A stretch of DNA of 63,504 nt, filler included. It is 7 parts of 7 records of this genome, joined end to end, with 100 filler letters (N's around TTAATTAATTAA, not from the genome) between each part and the next. Parts side by side here need not be neighbours in the genome. Positions count along the whole stretch, not along the records: positions 1 to 12,962 come from SRR31147125_56400; 6 more parts are not named here. One strand, written 5' to 3'. The notes under the pieces are model-generated. The model was not told the DNA's origin, ran no database searches, and saw nothing but the letters and a program-made list of their open reading frames with translations. The translations under genes and the position numbers were made by a program. Of this stretch, positions 1 to 8,995 are shown one piece after another (position 1 is the stretch's first letter; each line of letters opens with the position of its first letter).

Positions 1-310
1 GAAAACTCGAAAACCTGTTAAACAGGGATAAAGGGGATGCAAGGGATCAAGTCAAAACAGTTTTTTTATGTTTAAGCTTTTGACCCAAAATCCGCCTTTA
101 TCTGTGTTTATCTGTGAAAAAAACCTGCCTCACGCCCGTTCACTTCGTTTCCTCAAGCCGCAAAGGCACTAAGAAAGATCCTCTTTGTGATGTTCGATGT
201 TACGAGTTCGCCTTTCGATGTAAAAATCATTCTCTTTGCGTTCTTTGCGTCTTCGCGTGAGGCAAAGGTTTGGGTTTTACATCCGCTTTTATCTGTGTCC
301 ATCTGCGGCC
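1..310. repeat. Composite intergenic repeat: 9-nt arm (22-48), 10-nt arms (91-118, 282-310), inverted pair 122-179 / 234-270
   Basis: acagggata-aaggggatg-caagggatc; tccgccttta-tctgtgttta-tctgtg; gcctcacgc...gcgtgaggc inverted; 1-40 resembles 6171-6210. Confidence 0.85.
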
Positions 311-1857
311 ATTATCAGCTCTTCACACCGCTTTCGATCAATCTTTCCACTGGCGCTTTTCGGAAGGCCCTCTACAAACACAACATCTTGAGGAACCTTA
401 TAACCTGGTAACTTCTGCGCACAAAAGGCTAAGACATCTTTTGTTTCAACTGGCGAAGAGGAAACCACAACAGCAATCAACCTGTTTTCAAGTAACGGAT
501 CAGGAATGCCAATCACGGCCACTTCGACGGCAAAACCCGAATCCAGAATGACGTCTTCGATTTCCTGCACGTTAATGCGGTGGCCACTGACTTTTAGTTG
601 GTTGTCCTTGCGACCGACAACGAAGAAATAGCCCTCATGGTCACGGTAGGCCAGATCCCCGGTATGATAGCCGTGCACACTTAGCGCTTTATCTGTTGCG
701 CGTTGATCACGCCAATACCCCTGCATGATATTTTCTCCGGAGGCGACGAGCTCTCCCACCTCCCCCTCAGGCATTTCCAGCCCATCAGCACCGATAACTT
801 TTAGAGTCACACCGGGAATCGCCTGGCCGATGGATTCTATCTTGTCCCTCAAGATCAAAGGCTCAACATAGGCCAACCGTGCTGAGGCTTCTGTCGCACC
901 GTACATGACGAACAGCTCCGTCTGTTCCGGCAGGACTTCCATCAACCGCAACTTGTTCGAAGATGCCATGTGTCCACCTGCTTGAGTGCAGTAACGCAGC
1001 GATGTCAATTCTGTACGAGACGCTTCCAGCGGAGATTGATGTAGTAAATGTGCATAAGTCGACGGCACACCGGAAAAGCCTGTCACCTTTTCGTCGATCA
1101 TCTGCTGAATAACAGTCGCGGGATAAGCAAACCTATTGTTGATCACGAGACGTCCACCAACAGCAATATGCGTGTTAAGCAGAGATTTCCCCATAACATA
1201 GAAAAACGGCTGAACAACCATCTGAATATCAGCATCCGTCAGTTTCAAATACTGGCAGATCGAGTTAACGTTGGTCACGATATTCCGATGGGAGAGCATC
1301 GCCCCCTTCGGTTTGCCTGTTGAGCCGGAGGTATAGATGATACTGCCGAGTTGGTCGGCATCTATACTGAGGTTCACATTCACATGACTGGTCTGCTGAT
1401 TAATCCACGCCCAGTCAAGGATGCTAACATTCTTCTTCAAATCAAGTTTCGGGTCTTTGACGATGACCGTCTGAATGCCAGACTTTTCAAGATCCACCTG
1501 CCGCAGCAGACGCTCATATTTCCGTTGGGTCAGAAGAACCGGACTCTCCAACTCTTCGAGAAGTTGCAAAATATCATCCGGCTTCAACTCGGTGTTGAGC
1601 GGCACGGCGACGGCTCCGGCTTTGAGCGCTCCGTAGTAGGCAACGACATACTCTAGGCTGTTTTCCAACAGCAGAACCACACGATCACCAAGAATGACTC
1701 CCTGCTCAATCAACCAGAACGCCAATTGGTTTGCCTGGGTATTGATGTCACGATACGTTGCACGAACGTCCTCGTGGACCAGAGCGACCTTGTCAGGGGA
1801 ACGCTCGGCGCTGTTCTCGAGAAAATGATGTATGAGTGTTGGTTGACCTGAAATCAT
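289..1857 (-). CDS. Acyl-CoA/acyl-ACP ligase (AMP-forming, ANL superfamily), exosortase-A EPS-locus type
   Basis: IIYTSGSTGKPKG P-loop, YGATE, TGD and LPKSASGKIDR motifs; next to an ACP. Confidence 0.9.
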   Translation of the reverse strand: MISGQPTLIHHFLENSAERSPDKVALVHEDVRATYRDINTQANQLAFWLIEQGVILGDRVVLLLENSLEYVVAYYGALKAGAVAVPLNTELKPDDILQLLEELESPVLLTQRKYERLLRQVDLEKSGIQTVIVKDPKLDLKKNVSILDWAWINQQTSHVNVNLSIDADQLGSIIYTSGSTGKPKGAMLSHRNIVTNVNSICQYLKLTDADIQMVVQPFFYVMGKSLLNTHIAVGGRLVINNRFAYPATVIQQMIDEKVTGFSGVPSTYAHLLHQSPLEASRTELTSLRYCTQAGGHMASSNKLRLMEVLPEQTELFVMYGATEASARLAYVEPLILRDKIESIGQAIPGVTLKVIGADGLEMPEGEVGELVASGENIMQGYWRDQRATDKALSVHGYHTGDLAYRDHEGYFFVVGRKDNQLKVSGHRINVQEIEDVILDSGFAVEVAVIGIPDPLLENRLIAVVVSSSPVETKDVLAFCAQKLPGYKVPQDVVFVEGLPKSASGKIDRKRCEELIMAADGHR

Positions 1858-1864
1858 AAAATCC

Positions 1865-2471
1865 GTTTCTCACAGAGACACAGGGACACAGAGTTAATCC
1901 AGAAAACCATTTATGCTGCGCGTGATACCATCAACCATCAACGCTTCGTTAAAATTGAGCAGATATCCAAGTTTGAAATTCATAAGAGCCAAATAGGTTA
2001 AAAGCTGTTTTTTGTGAGCGTTAGTTACCACTTCTACCGATTTCAATTCTATCAACACCTTGTTTTCAACGACTATATCAGCTCTAAAAGACTCATGGAA
2101 CTCAATGCCTTTATAGTGAAGAGGGATTGATACTTGCCGCTCAACACCCAGCCCAACAGTCTCCAGTTCATGAGAAAGCAATGTCTCATAAACACTTTCA
2201 AGCAGGCCTGGACCTATTTCTTTATGTAGCCTGATTGAACAGTCGACAATAACTGTACCAATCTCATTTTCAGTCATACCCCCTCCACCCCAAAAAACTG
2301 AGTCAACTCTCTCACGGTGTCACAAAGACACAGAGAAAACCTTGAAATTCAGAAGCCAGCCCAACTCCATTGTCACAGCCCTAAATAAATCAAAAGTTAA
2401 TTCCAAGCACATTAAGACCGCATATGAGTCTTTTTTGTTTTGCTCAGTGGCTCTGTATCTCCGTGAGAAAC
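1865..2471. mobile_element. Putative inverted-repeat-bounded element carrying the GxxExxY gene
   Basis: Arm 1865-1893 gtttctcacagagacacagggacacagag matches the reverse complement of 2443-2471 at 24/29 positions; a second left-type arm lies at 2308-2339; mobility is inferred. Confidence 0.6.
1894..2277 (-). CDS. GxxExxY protein (PD-(D/E)xK nuclease-like family)
   Basis: 127 aa; GPGLLESVY motif, FRADIVVE, IELKS, QLLTYL, GYLLNF. Confidence 0.95.
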   Translation of the reverse strand: MTENEIGTVIVDCSIRLHKEIGPGLLESVYETLLSHELETVGLGVERQVSIPLHYKGIEFHESFRADIVVENKVLIELKSVEVVTNAHKKQLLTYLALMNFKLGYLLNFNEALMVDGITRSINGFLD

Positions 2472-2489
2472 AAAGCCTTTGATTTATTC

Positions 2490-2747
2490 TTAAACAGCCA
2501 CCTGTCCGGTTTTACGCCCGATAAATGCGGTCACATTATCAACCGAATCAAGGTTTTCCGGTACCAGCTCATCATCTTCAACGGTGATCTCAAATTCCTG
2601 GCTGATAAACTCTATCAGCTCCAGGATACCGGTTGAATCAACAATCCCTTCATCAAGAAAGGAGGTGTTATTCTCCAGCCCTTCGTCATCGCCGAAAAGG
2701 TAATTATCGATGATAAATGTTCTGATTTTGTTTTGTACGTCTGACAT
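2490..2747 (-). CDS. Acyl carrier protein
   Basis: 85 aa, acidic; GIVDSTG phosphopantetheine-site motif; ENLDSV. Confidence 0.92.
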   Translation of the reverse strand: MSDVQNKIRTFIIDNYLFGDDEGLENNTSFLDEGIVDSTGILELIEFISQEFEITVEDDELVPENLDSVDNVTAFIGRKTGQVAV

Positions 2748-2787
2748 AGTTTTAATCTCCTGAATGAATTTCTTAAATCAAAAACGA

Positions 2788-2965
2788 TCTCTCACTGAAC
2801 CACAGGGGCCACGGAGAAAGCTTTATTGAAGGCTACACCTCAAAACAGATCGCTATTTTATCACTCCCATCAAAGAGCCTAAGATCCTTACGTTCGCCAG
2901 ATTTTACCGATACCACGTTTATGAATCTTGCCTTAACTTTGTGTCTCAGTGTCTCTGTGAGAAAC
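2788..2965. repeat. Gene-less inverted-arm element, 8-nt-period family
   Basis: tctctcactgaaccacaggggccacggagaaa (2788-2819) ... ctttgtgtctcagtgtctctgtgagaaac (2937-2965). Confidence 0.85.
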
Positions 2966-2975
2966 TCAGGATTTC

Positions 2976-3965
2976 TTATTTTATCTCCGGGACATCCCCA
3001 ACCAGCTGCGCGGACAGATGCAAATATCGAGTTGTGCTCCGCTTGGTGTCAATATCATCGTAAACCCGTTGCACCTGTTGCGGGGTTAGTTCAAGCACTT
3101 CAGCCACCTCTTCTGTCGTGTAGGCGTTATTCTTACCGTATAGGCAAAGATCCATCCGGTCATGCGGGAGGGAGAAGTAAAACTCATCCTGCCCTTGAGG
3201 CAAAGAATAGGTGTCTGTTGTCGGCGGACGGTTGCAAATTTCAGCTGGCACACCCAGATATTCAGCCAATTGATAGACTTGCGTCTTGTACAGATGAGCG
3301 ATCGGTTTAACATCGGCCGAGCCATCACCGAGTTTGACGAAGAACCCCTGATCGTACTCAAGGCGGTTGGGCGTCCCGGCAACAGCGTAATTCAGGCGGT
3401 CAGCGTGGTAATATTCAAGCATCTTGCGCGTTCTCTGTTTAAAGTTCGTTGCAGCCAGGATTTCAAGGTAGGCCTTAAGCGGCAGACGAACTTTTTGAAT
3501 TTCGCCATCAGGAGATTGAGCCACCACGGAAAACAGTGAAAACTCGTCACTATCAATAACATTGGGGATAACAATTTTTGATTTCCAGCCATCACCGTAC
3601 TCAGGGATGACGCTTTGCACAGCTTCATCATATCGACGATAGAAGCCGACCGCTTCGAGAATTCCCGATATATTTTCATGGACCGAATCAATCCCGAAAC
3701 AGTCTGAAACGCTGGTACTCAGTGATAAGGTTTCATCAGAAGAGTGTCGTTCCGGCATGTGCAGTCCAAACACTTTGCCGGGGCCAAAGGCTTTGACGCA
3801 AAGGCCACAGGTGACACTGCTGTCAATGCCCCCTGATAAACCCAGGACAATGCCCCTTCTCTTCACCTCTGTTCGCATGAGCGTGCGCAGGTTTTTACTG
3901 ATTTTCTCGACTTCTTGTTCTGCATCCAGAGTGAGGATGTCTTTTGAAAAAGCGGGTTTTGTCAT
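2976..3965 (-). CDS. nadE: NH3-dependent NAD+ synthetase-like protein (EPS-locus paralog)
   Basis: GLSGGIDSS PP-loop, NFKQRTR, GTPNRLE, GFFVKLGDG, PIAHLYKTQV; start MTKPAF follows a GGAG RBS. Confidence 0.85.
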   Translation of the reverse strand: MTKPAFSKDILTLDAEQEVEKISKNLRTLMRTEVKRRGIVLGLSGGIDSSVTCGLCVKAFGPGKVFGLHMPERHSSDETLSLSTSVSDCFGIDSVHENISGILEAVGFYRRYDEAVQSVIPEYGDGWKSKIVIPNVIDSDEFSLFSVVAQSPDGEIQKVRLPLKAYLEILAATNFKQRTRKMLEYYHADRLNYAVAGTPNRLEYDQGFFVKLGDGSADVKPIAHLYKTQVYQLAEYLGVPAEICNRPPTTDTYSLPQGQDEFYFSLPHDRMDLCLYGKNNAYTTEEVAEVLELTPQQVQRVYDDIDTKRSTTRYLHLSAQLVGDVPEIK

Positions 3966-4007
3966 TTCAATCTCCATATAAAAAATAGCAACCACAAAAA
4001 CTCAGAA

Positions 4008-4118
4008 ATCAAGGACTATTGGGATACATTGAATTTGATTTAAAACAAAACTTAAAGACTTAAAGATTTTGGTCTATAAACATTTCGTTTTATCCATTTC
4101 ATCCCCTGTATCCCTGAT
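4008..4118. repeat. Degenerate inverted-arm element, 9-nt-period (GGGAT/ATCCC) family
   Basis: atcaaggac-tattgggat-acattgaat ... atccatttc-atcccctgt-atccctgat. Confidence 0.7.
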
Positions 4119-4128
4119 TATTTAGCTG

Positions 4129-6115
4129 TCATAATTTTCTCACTAATCTATCCGGTACAACGGCTTCAATCTTATTCGGATCAAACTCATCAACATACTG
4201 CTGATGTAATAGCTGCGTCGACAAAATCCCCATCAAAGCCATATTCTGGACCTCATTCGCCGCAAACTTAGAACCTTTCCTGAATTTTTTAGCCAACAAA
4301 CCAACTTTTTTTGCATCAAAATAGCCAGCCTGCTTGATCGCTGATTCAGATAAACAGTCACCGACATAAGATCCATCGTCATCCGTCCAGAAGGACTCTC
4401 TTATCGGCGCACGATAAGGCTGCTTGGGACGGTTTCTGATCGAATCGGGAACCGCCCCCTTAAAAGCTTCCTTTAGAATATACTTTTCGTTGAGACCCTT
4501 GATTTTCCAATGTGGCGGTATTTTAGCCGCAAAATCGATCACGCGATAATCAAGGAACGGCAGACGCAGTTCAATCGAATTACCCATTCCGACTCGGTCT
4601 CCCTGGGATGACAAGAGGTAATTCGAAAGAAAGACGTCCATCTCCAAAAACTGAGCCTGTGCGAAGGGAGTTCTTTTCGCGAAGTCATCAGGCAATCTAC
4701 GCTCCATATCCTGATAAGGATCATATCCTGCGAGGTCAGCCTGTAGGTCTTTTTTGAAAAAACGTCGAATTTTTACCGGTATTCTTCCAGCGAACCTGAT
4801 GTGAAAAGAAAGGATCTGACAGATCGCCTTCGCTGACTGCAAAAAATTGTTTCAAAAACAATTTTGCCTTGCCTGCATCCTTGAAGATATAGGGATAAAG
4901 CCGCTCTACCAACAGCGGCTGCCAGGCTGACTCTGGCTGACGAGCCCAAAATCGCCTAAGCTTTGCTTCTTTATAGATGTTATAACCACCAAAAATCTCA
5001 TCAGCACCTTCACCGGTGAGAACAACTTTGAAATCGCTGGCACGCACAAGTTTAGATAGAGAATAGAGTGGGACTGGACCCGTCCGCAACAGAGGTTTTT
5101 CACAATGCCAGACAACCTTCGGTAAATGTTCTCGAATATGGGCATTGGTCACAGAAATTTCACTATGCCTGGTTCCCAGTGCCGCAACCATTTCCTTCTG
5201 GTACTCAGATTCATCAAAAGGGTTTTCCTGAAAACCGAGCGAAAATGTCCTGAGATCATTGTTGAAATGGTTCGCCACAAGGGACGTTGTGACTGACGAA
5301 TCAAGTCCACCACTTAAGTAGGCCCCCACTGGGACATCTGCTCGCAATCGCAATCTAACAGCATCTTTCAACAAGGCATGCAGCTCTTCTTTCGCTTCAT
5401 CCAAGGAGCCGGACCAATACTGACCTTTGTCGTAGGCCGGGATGGACCAGAATGGCTGCGGGCTCGGCGTGGTAATCGTTTGATTGAGAAGGAGATAATG
5501 TCCTGGAGGAACTTCCAAAATATTCTTAAAAGGTGTCTTGGGAGTGACCGTCGTCCAGAAAGTAAAGGTTTGCTTAAGGGCCTCTGAGTCGAGTGAACGA
5601 TCGATAGATCTATCAGCGAAAAGTGCTTTGACTTCTGACGCGAAACTGAACTGACCATGTTGCTGTGTGTAATACAGAGGACGGATACCAACCCGGTCAC
5701 GTGCCAGAAACAGTTCCCTCTTGTGTCGATCCCAAATCGCAATAGCAAACTGGCCATTAAGCATGGACAGACATTCTGGACCATATTCCTGATACATGGC
5801 CAGAACAACTTCAGTATCAGTTCCAGTGGTAAAACGATAGCCTTTTTTCTCTAGGTCAGTTTGAAGCTCGAGGTAATTGAAAACTTCACCGTTGTAGACA
5901 ATCCAAAGGTTCTCATCTGTCGAGCCAATGGGCTGAGAACCACACTCAAGGCCAAGTATGCTGAGGCGCGCGTGCCCCAGACAAACGTCTGCATCACAGT
6001 ATAAGCCTGACTCATCCGGCCCCCGGTGATGTAACATTGTCACCATCTTGGCGACTGTTGCCTCAGTGCCTTGATCGATTTTATTCAAATAAAATGTTCC
6101 AGCAATACCACACAT
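4129..6115 (-). CDS. asnB: Asparagine synthase (glutamine-hydrolysing)-family amidotransferase; frameshift near 4750
   Basis: MCGIAG N-terminus, HRGPDE, LSGGLDSS, LTGEGADE; C-terminal ELRLPFLD and RPKQPY continue in a shifted frame after a T6-C-A6 run. Confidence 0.9.
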
Positions 6116-6143
6116 TTAAAACAACCTTTTTAACCAAAAATGA

Positions 6144-6500
6144 TCTCTCACAGAGCCACAGAGGCCCGGAGAAAACCTGAAAAACTGTTGAACAGGAATA
6201 TAGGGGATCTTTTAAAAAGTTTATATTTACCTTATAACCAAAGCAACAAACCTGCTATCAGCCTTATCTCACGCCCGTTCGCTACGCTCACTTAAGACAC
6301 GAAGGCCCTGAGAAAGTCTTTTCGTTGATTCCAACCTAAAAGCCTCTAACTCTTTGATAGCGACTCAAAAATACTGATTTATAAAATCGAACTTTGACTC
6401 ATGGTTCTAAGCCTTATCCCCTAAATCCCCTCTATCCCTGTAAAAAAGATTTTGTTTTTCTTTTTGCCTTTGTCACGTTTCTGGCTGTGTTCCTGTGGCT
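6144..6500. repeat. Nested intergenic repeats: 8-nt arm 6144-6175, 9-nt arms 6191-6209 / 6416-6444, CCCGTTCGCT-box arm 6267-6316, arm 6478-6500
   Basis: tctctcacagagccacagaggcccggagaaaa; aacaggaatataggggatc; atcccctaa-atcccctct-atccctgta; cccgttcgctacgctcacttaagacacgaagg. Confidence 0.85.
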
Positions 6501-7398
6501 ATAAACCAAGCCCCTGTCTCATCGGCTGAAATTCAAAATCATCCAACAACCGCTCAAATCGACGCTTTGTTTTCCCAAGATTTAAATAGTGCCTGAATCG
6601 ACTTTTTGCGCTGGCACCTTCCATACGTGGTTGCTGGGGGTCAAACTCCCACGGATGAAGATAGAACACAAAAGGTTGTTGCTCTTTCTGATTGATAGTA
6701 TTCAGTCCCCAACGAGTCACAGCATATGGCAACAGACGAAAATAGCCCCCACCAGCAATCGGTAGATTTCTCTGCCCGATTTTCAATGTCGTAATCGGTA
6801 GTTCACGAATTGCATGCTGCTCCTCAGACTTGGCACTCTGCGCCTGCCATTCGTCATCATTTTTTACAGCATAACCGTCAAAGCGCGGCCAATCTGGAAT
6901 ACCGTAAAAATCGTGCTTCATCGGAAAGATACTCGAGTCATAGAGAAAACCGGCATCGACGAGTTCATCAAACGCCCAGGCCGTCTCTCTGGTAATCGAA
7001 TAACTCGGCGCGCGATAACCGATAACGGCCTCTCCTATCTGATCTTCGAGGAGCGCTTTCCCCCGCCTGATATCGTTACGGTAGGTCTCTCGATCCTGCA
7101 ATGCCACGCGCTGATGAAGATAACCATGACTGGCAATTTCATGACCTGAAGAATGAATCTTTTTAGCAATCTGAGGATAGCGATCAGCCACCCAACCGAG
7201 AATAAAAAAGGTCGCTTTGACACCCTTCTCATCCATCATCGCCAAGATTCCATCGGTGTTGTTTTCCACACGACATTCGCGGCTTCCCCAGGTACTCGGA
7301 GGCGACTGGTTTTCAAAGGCCGACACATGAAAATAATCTTCAACGTCGATTGTCATGTAATTGGTGATTTTATTCAAAATTGAACCTTTATTGTCCAC
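6499..7398 (-). CDS. XrtA-system polysaccharide deacetylase (with DUF3473 C-terminus); start uncertain
   Basis: TIDVEDYFH, ATFFILGWVA, HEIASHGY, GYRAPSYS, AGGGYFRL, FYLHPWEFDP. Confidence 0.92.
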   Translation of the reverse strand: MDNKGSILNKITNYMTIDVEDYFHVSAFENQSPPSTWGSRECRVENNTDGILAMMDEKGVKATFFILGWVADRYPQIAKKIHSSGHEIASHGYLHQRVALQDRETYRNDIRRGKALLEDQIGEAVIGYRAPSYSITRETAWAFDELVDAGFLYDSSIFPMKHDFYGIPDWPRFDGYAVKNDDEWQAQSAKSEEQHAIRELPITTLKIGQRNLPIAGGGYFRLLPYAVTRWGLNTINQKEQQPFVFYLHPWEFDPQQPRMEGASAKSRFRHYLNLGKTKRRFERLLDDFEFQPMRQGLGL

Positions 7399-7797
7399 GG
7401 AGCCACACGGAAAAGCACAGAAAAAAGCCTACATAAAACCTAAAAGAATTCTTACCACCCGTTCGCTTTGCTCACTCAAGACACGAAGACACCAGAAGAA
7501 TCATTTTGAGGGTTATAACCTTAAAGCCCGTTACGAACTTCCTCTGTATTCTCCTTAATCTCTCTATTAAGTTGCTTTTATCTGTAAAATCAAAATCTGC
7601 CTCACGCTCGTTCGCTGCACTCTCTCAAGACGCTAAGCACGCTAAAAAAACCTTTAAAACACGACAAGACATACAACCTTTATTATGGTTTCACTCCAAA
7701 AAGGTTGCCTTGGGTTAGACCTTTTTAGCGCCTTTGCGTGCTCTGCGTGAGGATGCTTTTGACCTTTATCCACTTTTATCAGATTTCAATCCTGACA
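7395..7797. repeat. Nested intergenic repeats: 10-nt arm 7395-7426, CCCGTTCGCT-box arms 7453-7500 and 7597-7650, partner arm 7722-7753
   Basis: ccacggagccacacggaaaagcacagaaaa; cccgttcgctttgctcactcaagacacgaag; cctcacgc...gcgtgagg inverted. Confidence 0.85.
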
Positions 7798-7802
7798 AAG
7801 CT

Positions 7803-8819
7803 TTAACTTTTATACCCCTGCGGGTTTTTGCTTTGCCAATTCCAGCTGTCACGCAACATCGCGTCCAGACCGAATTCAGCCTGCCATTGAAGCTCCTGCT
7901 TTGCCAGAGTTGGGTCGGCCCAGCACTCAGCAATGTCGCCGGGACGTCGTTCCACAATGCGATACGGCACGGATTTACCAGACGCTGTCTCAAACGCTTT
8001 AACGATATCGAGGACTGAATAACCGTTCCCGGTCCCGAGATTATAGGTCAGCACTCCTCTATCAATGAGCAGTCGATCCAGAGCTTTCAAATGCCCTTTA
8101 GCCAGGTCAACCACGTGGATATAGTCACGAACACCGGTACCATCCGGTGTTGGATAATCATTCCCAAAAACGGATAACTCTTTCAACTTCCCCACAGCCA
8201 CCTGACTGACATAAGGAACAAGATTGTTCGGGATTCCCTGAGGGTCTTCACCGATACTGCCTGACACATGCGCACCGGCTGGGTTAAAATAGCGCAGAAG
8301 TACAATGCCCCAATCTGGTGCAGAGAAGGAAAGATCGCGAAGCAATTCTTCTATCATTAGCTTACTGCGCCCGTATGGGTTAGTCGCCGATGTCGGAAAA
8401 TCCTCACGGATCGGAACGCTGGCCGGATCCCCATAAACAGTTGCTGAAGAGCTGAAAACCAGGTTAAAAACTCCAGCGTTTTTCATCGCCCGCAAAAGGA
8501 CGAGAGTGCCGTTTACGTTGTTATCGTAATAATCAAGGGGGATCTGTGTCGACTCACCAACAGCCTTGAGTCCGGCAAAGTGGATTACTGCATCGATGGA
8601 ATGGTCTGAAAAAATCTTGTCGAGGGAACTTTCATCACGAATATCTGCCTGATAAAAACAGAGAGGTTTCCCGGTGATTGTCTCAATTCGTTCCAGTGCA
8701 ATCCGGCTTGAGTTACTGAGATTATCAACGACGATGACATTGTAATCAGACTCCAGCAATTCAACGACGGTATGCGAGCCGATGTATCCTGCACCACCTG
8801 TCACCAGTATAGTTTTCAT
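7803..8819 (-). CDS. galE: UDP-glucose 4-epimerase
   Basis: [49 protein letters not shown]. Confidence 0.97.
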   Translation of the reverse strand: MKTILVTGGAGYIGSHTVVELLESDYNVIVVDNLSNSSRIALERIETITGKPLCFYQADIRDESSLDKIFSDHSIDAVIHFAGLKAVGESTQIPLDYYDNNVNGTLVLLRAMKNAGVFNLVFSSSATVYGDPASVPIREDFPTSATNPYGRSKLMIEELLRDLSFSAPDWGIVLLRYFNPAGAHVSGSIGEDPQGIPNNLVPYVSQVAVGKLKELSVFGNDYPTPDGTGVRDYIHVVDLAKGHLKALDRLLIDRGVLTYNLGTGNGYSVLDIVKAFETASGKSVPYRIVERRPGDIAECWADPTLAKQELQWQAEFGLDAMLRDSWNWQSKNPQGYKS

Positions 8820-8847
8820 AAACACTCTTCCTGTAATATAACAATCG

Positions 8848-8986
8848 GCCTCGCACCCGTTCGTTCCACTCACTCAAGCACACAAAGCCACGAAGAAAAC
8901 ATTATTTCTTGTATTTAAAACCCTAATCTCCTGCTTTTGACCTGCTCTGTGTTCTCCGTGTACTCCGTGCGATGCAGGTTTTGACT
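8848..8986. repeat. Inverted-arm element with CCCGTTCG box
   Basis: gcctcgcacccgttcgttccactcactcaagcacacaaagccacgaag ... ctctgtgttctccgtgtactccgtgcgatgcaggttttgact. Confidence 0.85.
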
Positions 8987-8995
8987 ATTACGTAA

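Noticed and set aside
187-551. Short ORFs over repeat-filled spacers (also 2424-2636, 7361-7718)
   Set aside because: Translations of the periodic arms or antisense overlaps; no RBS or family signature
1-8995. Intergenic repeats as a CRISPR array or integron attC cassette array
   Set aside because: Repeats are degenerate, inverted and dispersed rather than identical direct repeats with regular spacers; no cas or intI gene; no RYYYAAC...GTTRRRY ends recognised
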